This document shows positions 35,101 to 47,100 of a stretch of 64,000 nt of DNA, in pieces (within the stretch, counting starts at the first letter, position 1; each line of letters begins with the position of its first letter). The translations under genes were made by a program, and so were the position numbers. The DNA comes from Kiritimatiellia bacterium. GTDB lineage: Bacteria > Verrucomicrobiota > Kiritimatiellia > RFP12 > UBA1067. The stretch lies in contig JAZLMG010000023.1 of NCBI GenBank assembly GCA_045598585.1, forward strand, positions 6,051 through 70,050, written 5' to 3'. The notes under the pieces are model-generated. The model saw only the letters and a program-made list of their open reading frames with translations. It was not told the DNA's origin and ran no database searches.

Positions 35101-38100
35101 TTGTTGAGCCACGGTAAGGTTCTCAATGTCGCTCCTGACGCTCTCCGCTCGCGCAAGCTTATTCTTCCTCCCGACGCGACTGATTTCGAGTATGGCGACG
35201 AAATGGTCATCATGCATAGCCAGGTCTATAATTTCTACGGTTTCGACCCGGCTATCGCTTGGTCGCAGAAGTGGGACGGCGCTACCGTCAGCGAGCACTG
35301 CAAAGCGATAATTCGTCGTTTTGACGATGCTTCCGACTATACTTCGATTCCTTACACGGGCTACGATGAGTATGAGCTCGCGTGGTGGAAGCGTTTCTGC
35401 TGCGGTGAAAACGTTTCGAACTTCAATGGCCTCGTTAAGGCGACCACCATTGCCGGTGATATCCGCAATGCAGATGGTGAAGTTACGACTTACGGCGCCG
35501 ATACCGATGGCGACGGCATGCCCGATGGCTGGGAACTCTATGTCGGCCTTAATCCGCGAGATCCCGAGGATGCGAAACGTGGTCAGGATGGCGACGGTCT
35601 CATCAATTCTGCCGAATTCGCCGGTACCGACTCCTGCGCCGCTTACGCGGGCGTTCCTTCAATCGCCTCGAAGCTCGATCGTTCGTGGCCGAACAAGATT
35701 CTTCCTACCGATCCGAACGATGGCGATACCGATGGTGACGGTATTACCGACAGTAACGAAAAATCGTACTTCAATTACGCTTGGCTTGATAAAGACAAAG
35801 ATCATCAGCCTAGTGCCGGAAGCTTCAACTTCATCAGCAATTGCGTCCGAGGCGGTGGCTTGAATCCTTGCTCGGTTGATACTGACCTCGATGGTCTTCC
35901 TGACGGTTGGGAAGTTCAGTACATGGGTCAGACCGTCCAGATGTACACGGAAGGCGCTTACTATCCCTTTGATGAGGAGATCGGTGCCCGCTCCCTTTAC
36001 ACTCCCTATATGGAATCGAAGGAAGCTCAAATCGCTGACGGCTACAAGGGCGATGGTACTTTCACGCTTCCTTTGAACGTTAATGTGATCAAGTTCGTTG
36101 TCATGGGCATGGACGGCACCTTCGCCCAGGATAGCGGCACTCTCGTCGCTCCTGCCGGTGATGCGATTGCCCAAGATCAGCTTACCGATAAGGTTCGTGA
36201 CTATGACTTCGATCATGACGGTCTCGAAAACTATCAGGAATACATGACTCAAACGATTCGTGGCTTCCGCTACGACGATACCGAAACCCCGCTCATGGGC
36301 CATGCGCTTATTTGGAATGGCGATAATGGCGATGCCGCCAATTTGGCGAATGCGACGGATGTCGTGTTGTCGCAGGATGTGGAAGAGCTCGCTCAGGCGC
36401 TTCCCGCGTTCAACTACTCTTCGGCGGAAGACTTCCTCGCTTCGATGACTGTCGAAGATCTTGACCTCGAGGGCAATATCACCACCAAGCCGAGCGAACT
36501 TTATAATGCGATTATGGCCGACGGCGCTAACCGCATGTTTGCTCCTGTCGCCGCGAAGCAGCTTAAGACGCTCTACGCCCGTCACCCGCTCTTCCACAAT
36601 TTCCACTCCGATACGGAGACGTGGTATGTCGATTTGGATGGTGTCCCGACGAATGGTGACGATCTTGATCCTACGATTTACACGAAGATCGAGGCTGAAG
36701 ACGGCTCGAGCTGCAAGTTCACCTACGTTGTCGACGCGATGGTTCCCGGCACTAAGAATACCGTTATCTACACTCCCGGCACCGGTTATGATTACCGTGC
36801 GCTCGGTTACTTCGCCGATGCGAAGCTTGCCAGCGATCCTACGGTCGACCTTGGCTATAAGCACATGTACAAGCCCCAGTCCCAGTCTCATTACATCACC
36901 GAGCTCTCGATGATCAAGAACGTGAGTGACCGCTCGAACGCCGATTGGGATTACTGCGGCTTCGGTCCTAAGCGCACCGCTTCCGATCGCTATATCGGCA
37001 CGAGCCCGCTTGCTCGCGATACCGATGGCGACGGTATGGACGACTACTACGAACTCTTCCACGGCCTCAACCCGCTCTACGGCTCGAGCGACACGATCTC
37101 CGTCGCTTACGGTTCGGCAATTACCGCGAAGGGCTTGAGCAACCTTTGGGTCGGTCTCGTCGGCGAATTCGATGCTCAGATGAACTTGATGCCGAACTAC
37201 CTTACGCTTCCTTGGCTTAACGGTACGACCGGCGCCGACCCCGACGGCGATGGCCTCAGCAACAACGAAGAATCGATCGTTGCTAACTTCACGAGCCCGC
37301 GTCCGTACCATACCGACCCGACGCCTCGTTGGATGACCGACGCTGCCGGTACCTTCTCTTATACCCGTCAGTACTATAAGGATATTACCTCGCTTACCGG
37401 GAAGCTTCCGTGGGTCCGCGTCGAAGATCAGATCGACGAGAAGTACTCGGGTCCTGATCGCTCCGGCGAACGCACGGGCTTCCTCTTCGCGTTCGAAGAG
37501 AACGAAGGTTACGATACCGATGGCGACTGGCGCGGTGACGCCCAGGAACTTATCTCGGGCATTACCTCCGGTTCCGATCCTCAGGACTTCACGAGCCCCG
37601 CGCGTCGCCAGGCGATGTACTTCGACGGCGAACTCGGTTCGGCGATGATGACTCGCTTCGACCAAACCTTTATCTCCTATGACGCTATCGACCAGTTCCG
37701 TCAGTTCACGGTCGAAGCTTGGGTCCGTCCCGACGCTAATGATGTCGAGCAGGTCATTATCGAACGTGACTTCTGGTACGAAGGTTCGACGATGATCAAC
37801 AACGTTGGCCACTATCGCGCCAACTTCCGTCTCGGTATTGCCGCGGATGGCCGCGTCTACGCGCTCTTCGATAACGCGAATCCCGTCGAATCCGCGTCGG
37901 ATCTCGTTAACTCCACCCAGCGCATCTCCGGTGATAAGCTCGAATGCGGCAAGTGGTATCATATCGCCGCGACCTTTGACGGCAAGACGATCCGTCTTAT
38001 GATCAATGGGGTCGCTAAGGCCTGGAGTGAATCGACCTTGATTCCTGCGAACGGCATTACCGACATCAGCTCCGGTCTCGGTACTGACGAGGTGTATCCT

Positions 38101-41100
38101 TCGATGGGTGCGTCTCGTCGTGAAGGCGCCTTCATTATCGGCGCTCACTTGACCGATGCCGCTCACGATAACGTGCCCGCGATGCGCTCGTTTGGCAACG
38201 ACCTCGTCGATTGCTTCTGTGGTTACATCGACGAAGTCCGCGTTTGGGATGGTGCCCGCTCCGTCGCCGAAATCCTCGCCGACCATCAGAAGAGCTACAC
38301 TCGCGCCGATGTCGAAGAAATCCGCGGCACCGTCTACGATGCTTGGGTTGAAAAGTCGACCCGTAATGACAATGTCACGAACTCGATGCTCCCGCCCCAG
38401 CTCATGATCTCCTTGAGCTTCGACACGCTTCCCGCCGCTGACGGTGAAGAGGGTATTTCGACGAGCCCCGTCGGCTTCGAGAACAAGGTCCTCGGTAATA
38501 TTACCTTCAATGGTCAGCCCGTTACCGACGACATGATCGCGATTAACTGGTATAATAAGCTTACGGGTCTCAAGAGCCAGGTCTACACGAATCCTGCGAT
38601 TGTCCCGCGTGCTCGTAATACCGCCGCGCATCTCTCGGCGCTCAATGGTAGCTTCGATGATTCGATGTTCTGGGGCAACAACTTCTCCGGATTCGTACCG
38701 GCTGCCGATCGTAAGCAGTCGAGCTTCGCGATTCCTCAGACGATGAATCCCTATGCCGATAGCTTCATCACTCGTCAGCGCGTCCTCCAGACTTGGAGAA
38801 TGAAGCGTTATTCCAACCAGGCCGGTGACGATTCCGTTGCCAATCTCGTTAAGATGGCTCGTTTCGATAATCGTAGCCGCTTCGATGTCTCGACCGACTT
38901 CTATCCGCTCGGTCATGCTTATGCGAAGACTTGCCCCGACTTCTGGGACAATGCCGGTGCGACCGACAGCTGGCTCGACGCGATGGCTGATACCGACGCC
39001 GATGGTCTCCCCGATTGGTGGGAAATGTATGCGATTGAGAAGTATGGTCTCGATCCCGAAGCCGACATTACCTCGCTTACGCTCATTAATCGCGATGGCG
39101 TCATGATGCTCGCGAAGGACGTTTACCTCCTCGACTATGCGGAGATCTATGGTAATACCTCCACTGCCGATATCAACAAGAACGGCATCCCCGATTGGTG
39201 GGAAGATCTCTACGGCGTCACTGATGCGAATGCCGATGAAGATTCCGATGGTCTCTCGAACTATCAAGAATACTTGATCAGCTATGGTCCGAATGCCTCG
39301 AAGTTCAACCTTAAGCTCGATCCGAAGAATGCCTTCTCTAATCCAAATTTTGCGGTCACTGACTATTTCGCTGAAGGCCCGACCGAGGATGTTGGTATCG
39401 ATGGCAAGCATATCTTCGCTAATGAGTACATCGGCGAGATCATGACCGACCACGACTTCGTTGAAGATTGGTGGGAAAATAAGTATGGTAACGGTTATTC
39501 CAGCGCGAGCATTTACGATCCTTATCTCGATCGTGACGGTGATGGCTGGGATAATTACTCCGAAGTCCGCTCTGCTCTTTGGGGTGGTCTTGTCGCCTCC
39601 AGCTTGATTGACAAGTCGCTTGATAATCACAACTTGGTTACTTGCTATCCCGAGCCGCAGATCGGCCTCCGCGTCACCTACTTTGGCGACAAGGATATTA
39701 CCGGTAAGCCGCTTGTGGCCCGCGCGACGAGTACTCAGACAAAGCGTGTTGATGCCGTTTATAATGTACGTGGGGCAGCTGCATCGGACAATGCTATCGA
39801 ACGTAGCTACTATTTGGCCGGCTCAATGTACGATGAAAACAGCATAATTCGTGGCTCGCTCCATCCCGGCTCTATTCTTCCCGGTGATGCTCGCTTTGAA
39901 TACGTTACTCTATCGGGCGAAAGTTCCTTCGCGTGGATTGTTTGGGAGGATATTGACCACAAGAATGTCCATCATTATGGTTCAGGAACCTTCGATGACT
40001 ACCGTGATGCTGTAAGACGTTATGGACGTCGTCGCGTTGAGCTTCTTGATAGTGTGATCGATTGGCAGCCGCTTGCGAACACCATTTCGGATGGTGAAGG
40101 CGTTGCCGGCAAGATTCTCTGTATTGCCGATAGTGTTAATGGAGCTCCCTTTATTGGTGAGATTAACTTCAATACCGGTGACTTTGAAGTTAATTGCGCG
40201 AAACTCGTTTCGGCAGGTTTTGCAATCAATGATGTACTCCTTCGTGTTAACTACTCCTATAAGATTGGTTACAACTGGCCTCAGACAATTTACTTGAGCG
40301 AGGCTGAGACGGGCCGTATCCTTCAGGGTAAGAATTTCATCGAAGTCTTCATTGATATTGATGAAAATGGAGAGCGTTCCGAAGGCGAACCTTACGCCAT
40401 CGTCAAGAACGTTGAAGTCGGTTGGCACAAGGTCCCGACGATTACCGTCGAACTTAAGGACGGGAACACTGAGTTTGGTATTGAGCGTACGGTCGCGACC
40501 TCGATCTCCCCGATTCACTCCGCACCGGTTTACTCCGCCGCGCCGACCTTCACCTGGTCGACGACGAACGATAACTCGACTGAGTTCGCTGTCCGCATTC
40601 TCGATTCCGAAGGTAAGGTCGTCTTCACCGGCGAACGCCAACGTATTACCGGTCGCGACTCGACGACCGTCGGTGGCTACACTTATAGATATACGGCTCC
40701 CGCTTATGTTGGCGAGGCGCTGAAGGATGGTGAAACCTACACATGGCAGGTTATTGTCGGTAACGCAAAGTTCCCGGTCGACGAAGTTACTATGACGAAC
40801 GATGACTTCTGGTCAATCCCGGCCGAATTCCAGATGGACGTCGCTAACGCCAATCGTTATCCCGGCATCCCGACCGGCCATAAGAGTGCCGAAATTACGG
40901 TTCGTTACTTCGGTCCCGTCGCGAGCGAAGTTACGGCTGATGAAGTTATCGTCGAAGCGTATGAGACGGCCGACTTTACGGGTCAGCCGATGGCGCGTAT
41001 GCCGCTCACCGTTGCCTCGAAGCTCTCGAGCCGCGATGACGTTTCGACCGCTGATGTGACGCTCATCGGTCTCGACAACAAGCCCGTCTACGTGATGGCC

Positions 41101-44100
41101 TATATCGACCGCAATGGCAACGGTAAGCACGATAAGTTCGAACCTTGGGGCTATGTTAACCAGCTCAACATGGGTCTTAAGGCGATCTATCAGCCCAAGG
41201 CGGTTGGGGAAACCGGCTCGATCATCTTCATCGAAGATACTGATGTCAATCAGAACGAGATCCCGGATATCAAGGAATTCGATCTCTTCTCGGCTGAAGA
41301 TGACTCCGATGACATCAGCAGCGACGACTCCGATGGCGATTCGATTCCGGATGAAGCGGAATTGATTATGGGCTCCGATCCGTTCACCGCCGACGCTGAT
41401 GTTGCCGGCGATGGTGATGTGATGGCATACGCCGAGATGCTTTGCGATGTCGCGCTCTTCTCGAATGGTAAGAGCTATGCGATCAATCCCAAGACCAAGG
41501 AGCTCTATACGACCTTCACCTTCGGCGGCAAGATGATTGTCGGCCGTAAGCTCGAGGGTGCTAATGTCGCCGATGCCGTTTCGATTTCGCGTCGCGTTGT
41601 GACGCTTATCCACGGTGCGGTTTGTGATTTCCTCGGCTATGATGATACGACCGCTCGTGCGACGACTTCGATCGGCGAGGATGGCAAGGTTGTCGTTTCA
41701 TTCGGCAAGGATACGATAGCGTTCTCCAATTACTGGAAGTACATCACGAACGAGAAGTATCTCCCCGAATTCGGCGACTACTCCTATCCCGTTTGCTCGA
41801 ACTATGTCGACTCTAACGCCAACGGCATCGACGACGGCTGGGAGCTTTACTTCGGCTTCTCGAATGCGTTGTCCGCCCATCAGTTCCCAATCGGAGCCAA
41901 CAACATTCGCATTGCCGAGATCGTTTACAACCACAAGATGAGCGAGGCCTCGTCCGCGAGCGACGTGATGGCTTACGCCGAAGTTACCGCGAAGATCGCG
42001 GTTGTTGGCAGCGAGAAGTATGTCCTCGTCTATAATAACGACGGCTCGATTCGCACCTTCCTCCGCACGGCTGAAGTTCCCGGCGCGCAGCACCTCGTTG
42101 CCTACGGTCCGGAAACCGCCGTTCAGCTTAAGGATGTCGTCGTCGATATCGAATCCGGCGAAGTTCTTAGCGAAAACTACCGCGGCGACACCTATGTCTA
42201 CGAAGATACGGTCATCCTTATCCACGGCGCCGTCTTGCAGTACTTCGGCTTCAACGGCTCGACTGCCCGCGTCAACGCGCTCTCGACCCACGACGAAGAA
42301 GAGGGCGGTGAAGAAGGTGGTGAAGAAGGCGATGCTGTCGTAACTCCGACCCTTCCCTCGTTCGGTGGTGCTAACACTGTTCCCTTCACGTACTACTGGA
42401 AGTATGTGACGAGAGAGATGCTCGGCCTCACTCTTGCGGATGGCTCGGAGCTTATCTACGACGCGCTCGACTCGCAGCCGAATGGCATCACGGATGGCTG
42501 GGAACTCTACACGGGTAGCGACGATCCGTTCGCCTTCGCGAATGGCTATGATCCCTACAGCGGCGATGCCGATATGGATGGTATCCCGAATGATTGGGAA
42601 ATCGCCCACGGCATGAATCCCGGCAGTATGTTCGATGGCCTCTTCGCCACGAACGACGATGACGTGATGGCCTACGCGGAAGTCGAGATGACGCTCGTCA
42701 CGAATTCCGAAAGCGGCGAGATCTTCGCGACCTTCGGTAAGCCTCAGGTTGGTGACCTCTTCAAGGACGGCAAGTACTATGCTACCTACCGCTATGGCGC
42801 CTCGCTCTTCTCGACGGTGAACTATGGTATCGGTGCAGAAGTTGATCCCGAAATCTATGGTGAGGCGAGAATCGACCAGGTCGTCGAAACTACGGTTGCC
42901 TTAATTCATAACCAGGTTAAGGAATACTTCGGTTTCGATCCCAAGACGGCGAATGCAGCGGTTCCTGAAGCTGAGCGCGTTAATACGAAGGAATTCACGC
43001 CCTTCGACAAGTACATCACGTTCGTTTACGCTCACGCCTGCAAGTTCCTTGATTTCGACAACTACGACCTCGATCCGTTCTCGGTTGATACCGATATGGA
43101 TGGTCTCCCGGATGGTTGGGAACTCTATGTCGGTACGAAGGCCAACACCTTCGACCGCGACGAAGACCTTGATGGCGATGGTCTCTCGAACCTCGAGGAA
43201 TACAACAAGGGTGATAAGCCGCTCGATCCGACCTCCGGTTCGACCCTCGGCGAGCTTACCGACGATATCGTCGCGAAGTTCGGCCTCAAGACCGAAGCCG
43301 ACCGCTTGAGCGATCCTGATATGGATGGTCTTACCAACTATCAGGAATATCTCGCTTATCTCGCGGGCTATGGTGACTTCGACATCACGAAGGCCGACTC
43401 CGATGAGGATGGTGTCCTCGATTACTTCGAAAAGGTCACCTTCAACGGTAAGGATACCTACGTCGGCTTTGCGGTCTCCGACCACGATATGATGCTCGAC
43501 ACGACGGAAGCTGACTACGATCCGACCTATGTCACTACCGCCAAGTATGACCCGAAGGGCGATGTCGATAAGGATGGTTGGTCGAACTACGCGGAAATGA
43601 CCGCCGGCACCGACCCGACCCGCCTTATCACGAAGGGTATCGACGGCTACACCTTGACCGAGCACCCGGTTCCGCACCTCCCGCTCGAGCTCATCAGCGA
43701 AGATGAGATCAAGGCCTCCGACCGTATCTTCATCACCGCTACTCAGAACGGTAAGACCACCGCGAAGTGGGAAATCGGCAAGGGTGAAGAACGCGAAGCC
43801 GGTGAAGTTACGACCACGGCTCGTCAGTACTCAATGTATGTCGGTATGAATCCCGGCGTTAAGAAGACCTTCCGTCTCTCGCCCGGCAACCTCGATCCTC
43901 GCCGCTTCCGCATCCGTGCAATCCCGACCTTGTGGGAATTGACCGGTAAGAAGAAGAAAGACGACGATTCTTATGAGTATAAGTATGCTCACCGCGATAT
44001 TGACTCCGCGACTTGGGCTGAAATCGCTCAGGACGTCACCCATAACGACGATCCTCACACGGGCTACATCCGTCTCGGTGTCGGAACGACGAACATCGGT

Positions 44101-47100
44101 TCGATCAACTATGTGACCGGCGAAGTTACGATTGATTTCGAGTCCTTCTTCGATGGCTCTATGGTCTGGCAGACCGATATGTCGCGCACAGGCCGCGAAT
44201 GGAACCCGGGCGACGGCTACCAGATCTCGTCCGAATACTACTTCGACCAGGCCTACTTCGTCCTTGAATGGGACGCGACGCCTGAATTCGGCGGCTCGAA
44301 GTCGATCTATCGTCTCAACGACGCGAACGAGGGATTCCTCCGCGAAGGTAAGGCCGACTTCACCGTCTTCGTCGACCAGAACGGTAACGGCGAATACGAC
44401 GAGGGCGAACCTCGCGGCACTCAGCACGATGTTGAAATCGGCTGGGATGTTGTCCGCGGCGTCAAGATCAACCTCGCGAAGTCGACGACCGACCTCTCCA
44501 ACGCGAAGCTCGAACTCATCGCCCCGACGGCTGCGGCCGACGCGGTCGTGACGACCGGCTCGCCGATCTTCCGCTTCAAGTCGCTCGATGGCTACGCCTC
44601 CTACGCTTACACGGTTAAGAAGGGCGACGAAATCATCGAAGAGGGCACGAAGCTCATTAATGGTTCTGCCGCGTTCGAACAGAACTTCCGCTTGACGAAG
44701 CCGCTCTCCGAAGCGGGCGAATACACCTGGTCGGTCATGATCGGTAAGACCACGGCTACCGCCTCGTTTGTCCTTGCCGAGGTCGCCGATTGCACCGAAT
44801 GCGGTTCGATCGAAGTCTCGACGAAGTACTTCGGTCCGAAGTCCGGTAAGACGATCGTCCGCGTCTATGACTCGGCCGACTTTACGGGCACCGTTGTTGG
44901 CGAAGCGACTGCCGACTCTGCGAACTCGATCGTCAAGATCGATCGCATCCCCGCGGGTGACCACTATGTCGTCGCCTTCATCGACGATAACTTGAGCGGC
45001 GAGCGCAACGCTTACGAAAGCTGGGGCTATGTCAACTATCTCGGCGAGAACTCACTCATGACCTTTGTTCCGAAGGCCGTCACGGTCGAAAAGGCGAAGA
45101 CAGCCGCCGCGGTTCTCTACATCGAAGATAGCGATCTTAACAATAACGGCATTGCCGATTCGCTCGAAGATCCGTCGCAGTTCGTGATGTATGACGAGGT
45201 TGAAGAACCCGCCGATACCGATGGCGACGGCATCCCGGACGCATGGGAGAACGAGCAGGGTCTCGACTCCGAAGACGCCTCCGACGCCGCTTCTGCGGTT
45301 GAGGGCGATGTGATGGCCTATATCGAAGTTCCGATGTACCTCGTTACGACCGAGAAGGGTACTTACTTGACCGACAAGAAGCTTATCGTCGGCGATGATG
45401 TCAATCGTATTGCCGGTACGACCTTCTACAGCGTCTATAAGTATGGCTCGCTCAGCAATAGCCCGTATGGTCGCGGTGCTGCGGTGGCGGCCGAAGGTAC
45501 GATCTCGAAGATCGAACCTGTCACGGTCGCCCTCGTCCACAAGCAGGTCTACGATAAGTACGGCTTCAACTCGAAGACGGCGAATCCCTCGATTCCCGCG
45601 AGCGAGCTCGTCAACTCGAAGCCCTTCACGGCTCTCGATAAGTACCTCGCTTCCGCCTATGCGAAGGCCAATGGTTTTGAGGTCTCGCTCCGTGCGGGTG
45701 AAGCTGATGTCGATCTCGATGGTATCCCGGATGGTTGGGAACTCTATGTCGGCCTTAACCCGAACTCCTTCGAAGATCGTCTCTCCGATGGCGACGGTGA
45801 CGGCCTCGCGGCTATCGACGAATATAACGGCGGTAACGTTACCGACCCGAATAACGATCATACTCTCGATCCCGGCATTTCCGATAACTTCGTGATGCTC
45901 TACAACCTCACGAAGGCGAGCGCCGATGACGATGGTGACGGTCTTTCGAACTACGCCGAATACTTGATTACCGAAGTCTTCCGCTTTAAGGAGCTTAATC
46001 CGAAGAATGCCGACTCCGACGGTGACGGCGTCTCCGACTACTTCGAAAAGGTCGGTAACTTCTACCTCGGTGAAGTCTTCGCTGACCACGACCAGATCGA
46101 CGATCAGTGGGAACTTGCTCACGCGACGCTCCCGGGCGCCGATAAGATCTTCGCCAACAGCTCGATCTTCGATCCTACTCGCGATGAAGATAACGATGGT
46201 TGGTCGAACTACGCTGAATTCAAGGCGGGCACCGATCCTCGTGGCGAGTTCACTATCGGCCTTGACAACTACACCGTTGCCGAGTATCCGATTCCGCTCG
46301 TGAAGCTCGATGTTCTTGATAATGTGAAGTCGACCAAGGTCGGCGCGCTCAAGATCGTCGCTTGGAACGATGAAAAGGATCCCAACATGACCGGCGTTCC
46401 GGACGCGATCTGGACGATCGGCTCCGGCTCCGAATCCTCGGGCTCCGGCACTGCCGGCTCGACCGGCGCTCAGACGCTTAACGAATCCTCGCGTTATATC
46501 GGTCAGATTCCTATGGGCGGTATCAAGAGCTTCTACATCGGACCCGGCTCCGTCGCGCCTACCTCGATCGAGATTCAGTTCAACGATCCTGCCGCGATCA
46601 AGAACTTCAGCGAAACCTCCGCTGATGACGAGAAGGTCAACGAGAGCGAAACGCTCGATGCTACGTTCGGTTGGTTCGTGGCGATCAAGGATAACGGTCT
46701 CGGCGATTTGATCCTCGGCGGTACGAACGGTCGTGCGGTCGGTAAGATCGACTACTCGACCGGTTACATGATGATCGACTTCGGCGATCCTACCTTCGAT
46801 ATCCGCCTCGTGGGTAACGAGTACAATCCTTCGTCGACGGATACGACGGTCACGCCGATCAATCCTCGTAACTGCCACGCTCTCGTCAGTTGGAAGGCGA
46901 CGAAGCTCTCGAACTCCGTCTCGGGAACTTATTACCTCGCTGATCCCGACAAGGTCGTTGATGGCAATAGCCGCGGCCGTCTCCGTGAAGGCAAGAACAC
47001 GTTCATGGTCTTTGTCGATACCGAGGCCGGCTCGTCTGAAGGTGATGACACCTTCGGCGACAAGATCGGCTTCACCGTCGGCGAGCCCATGGGCATCGTC

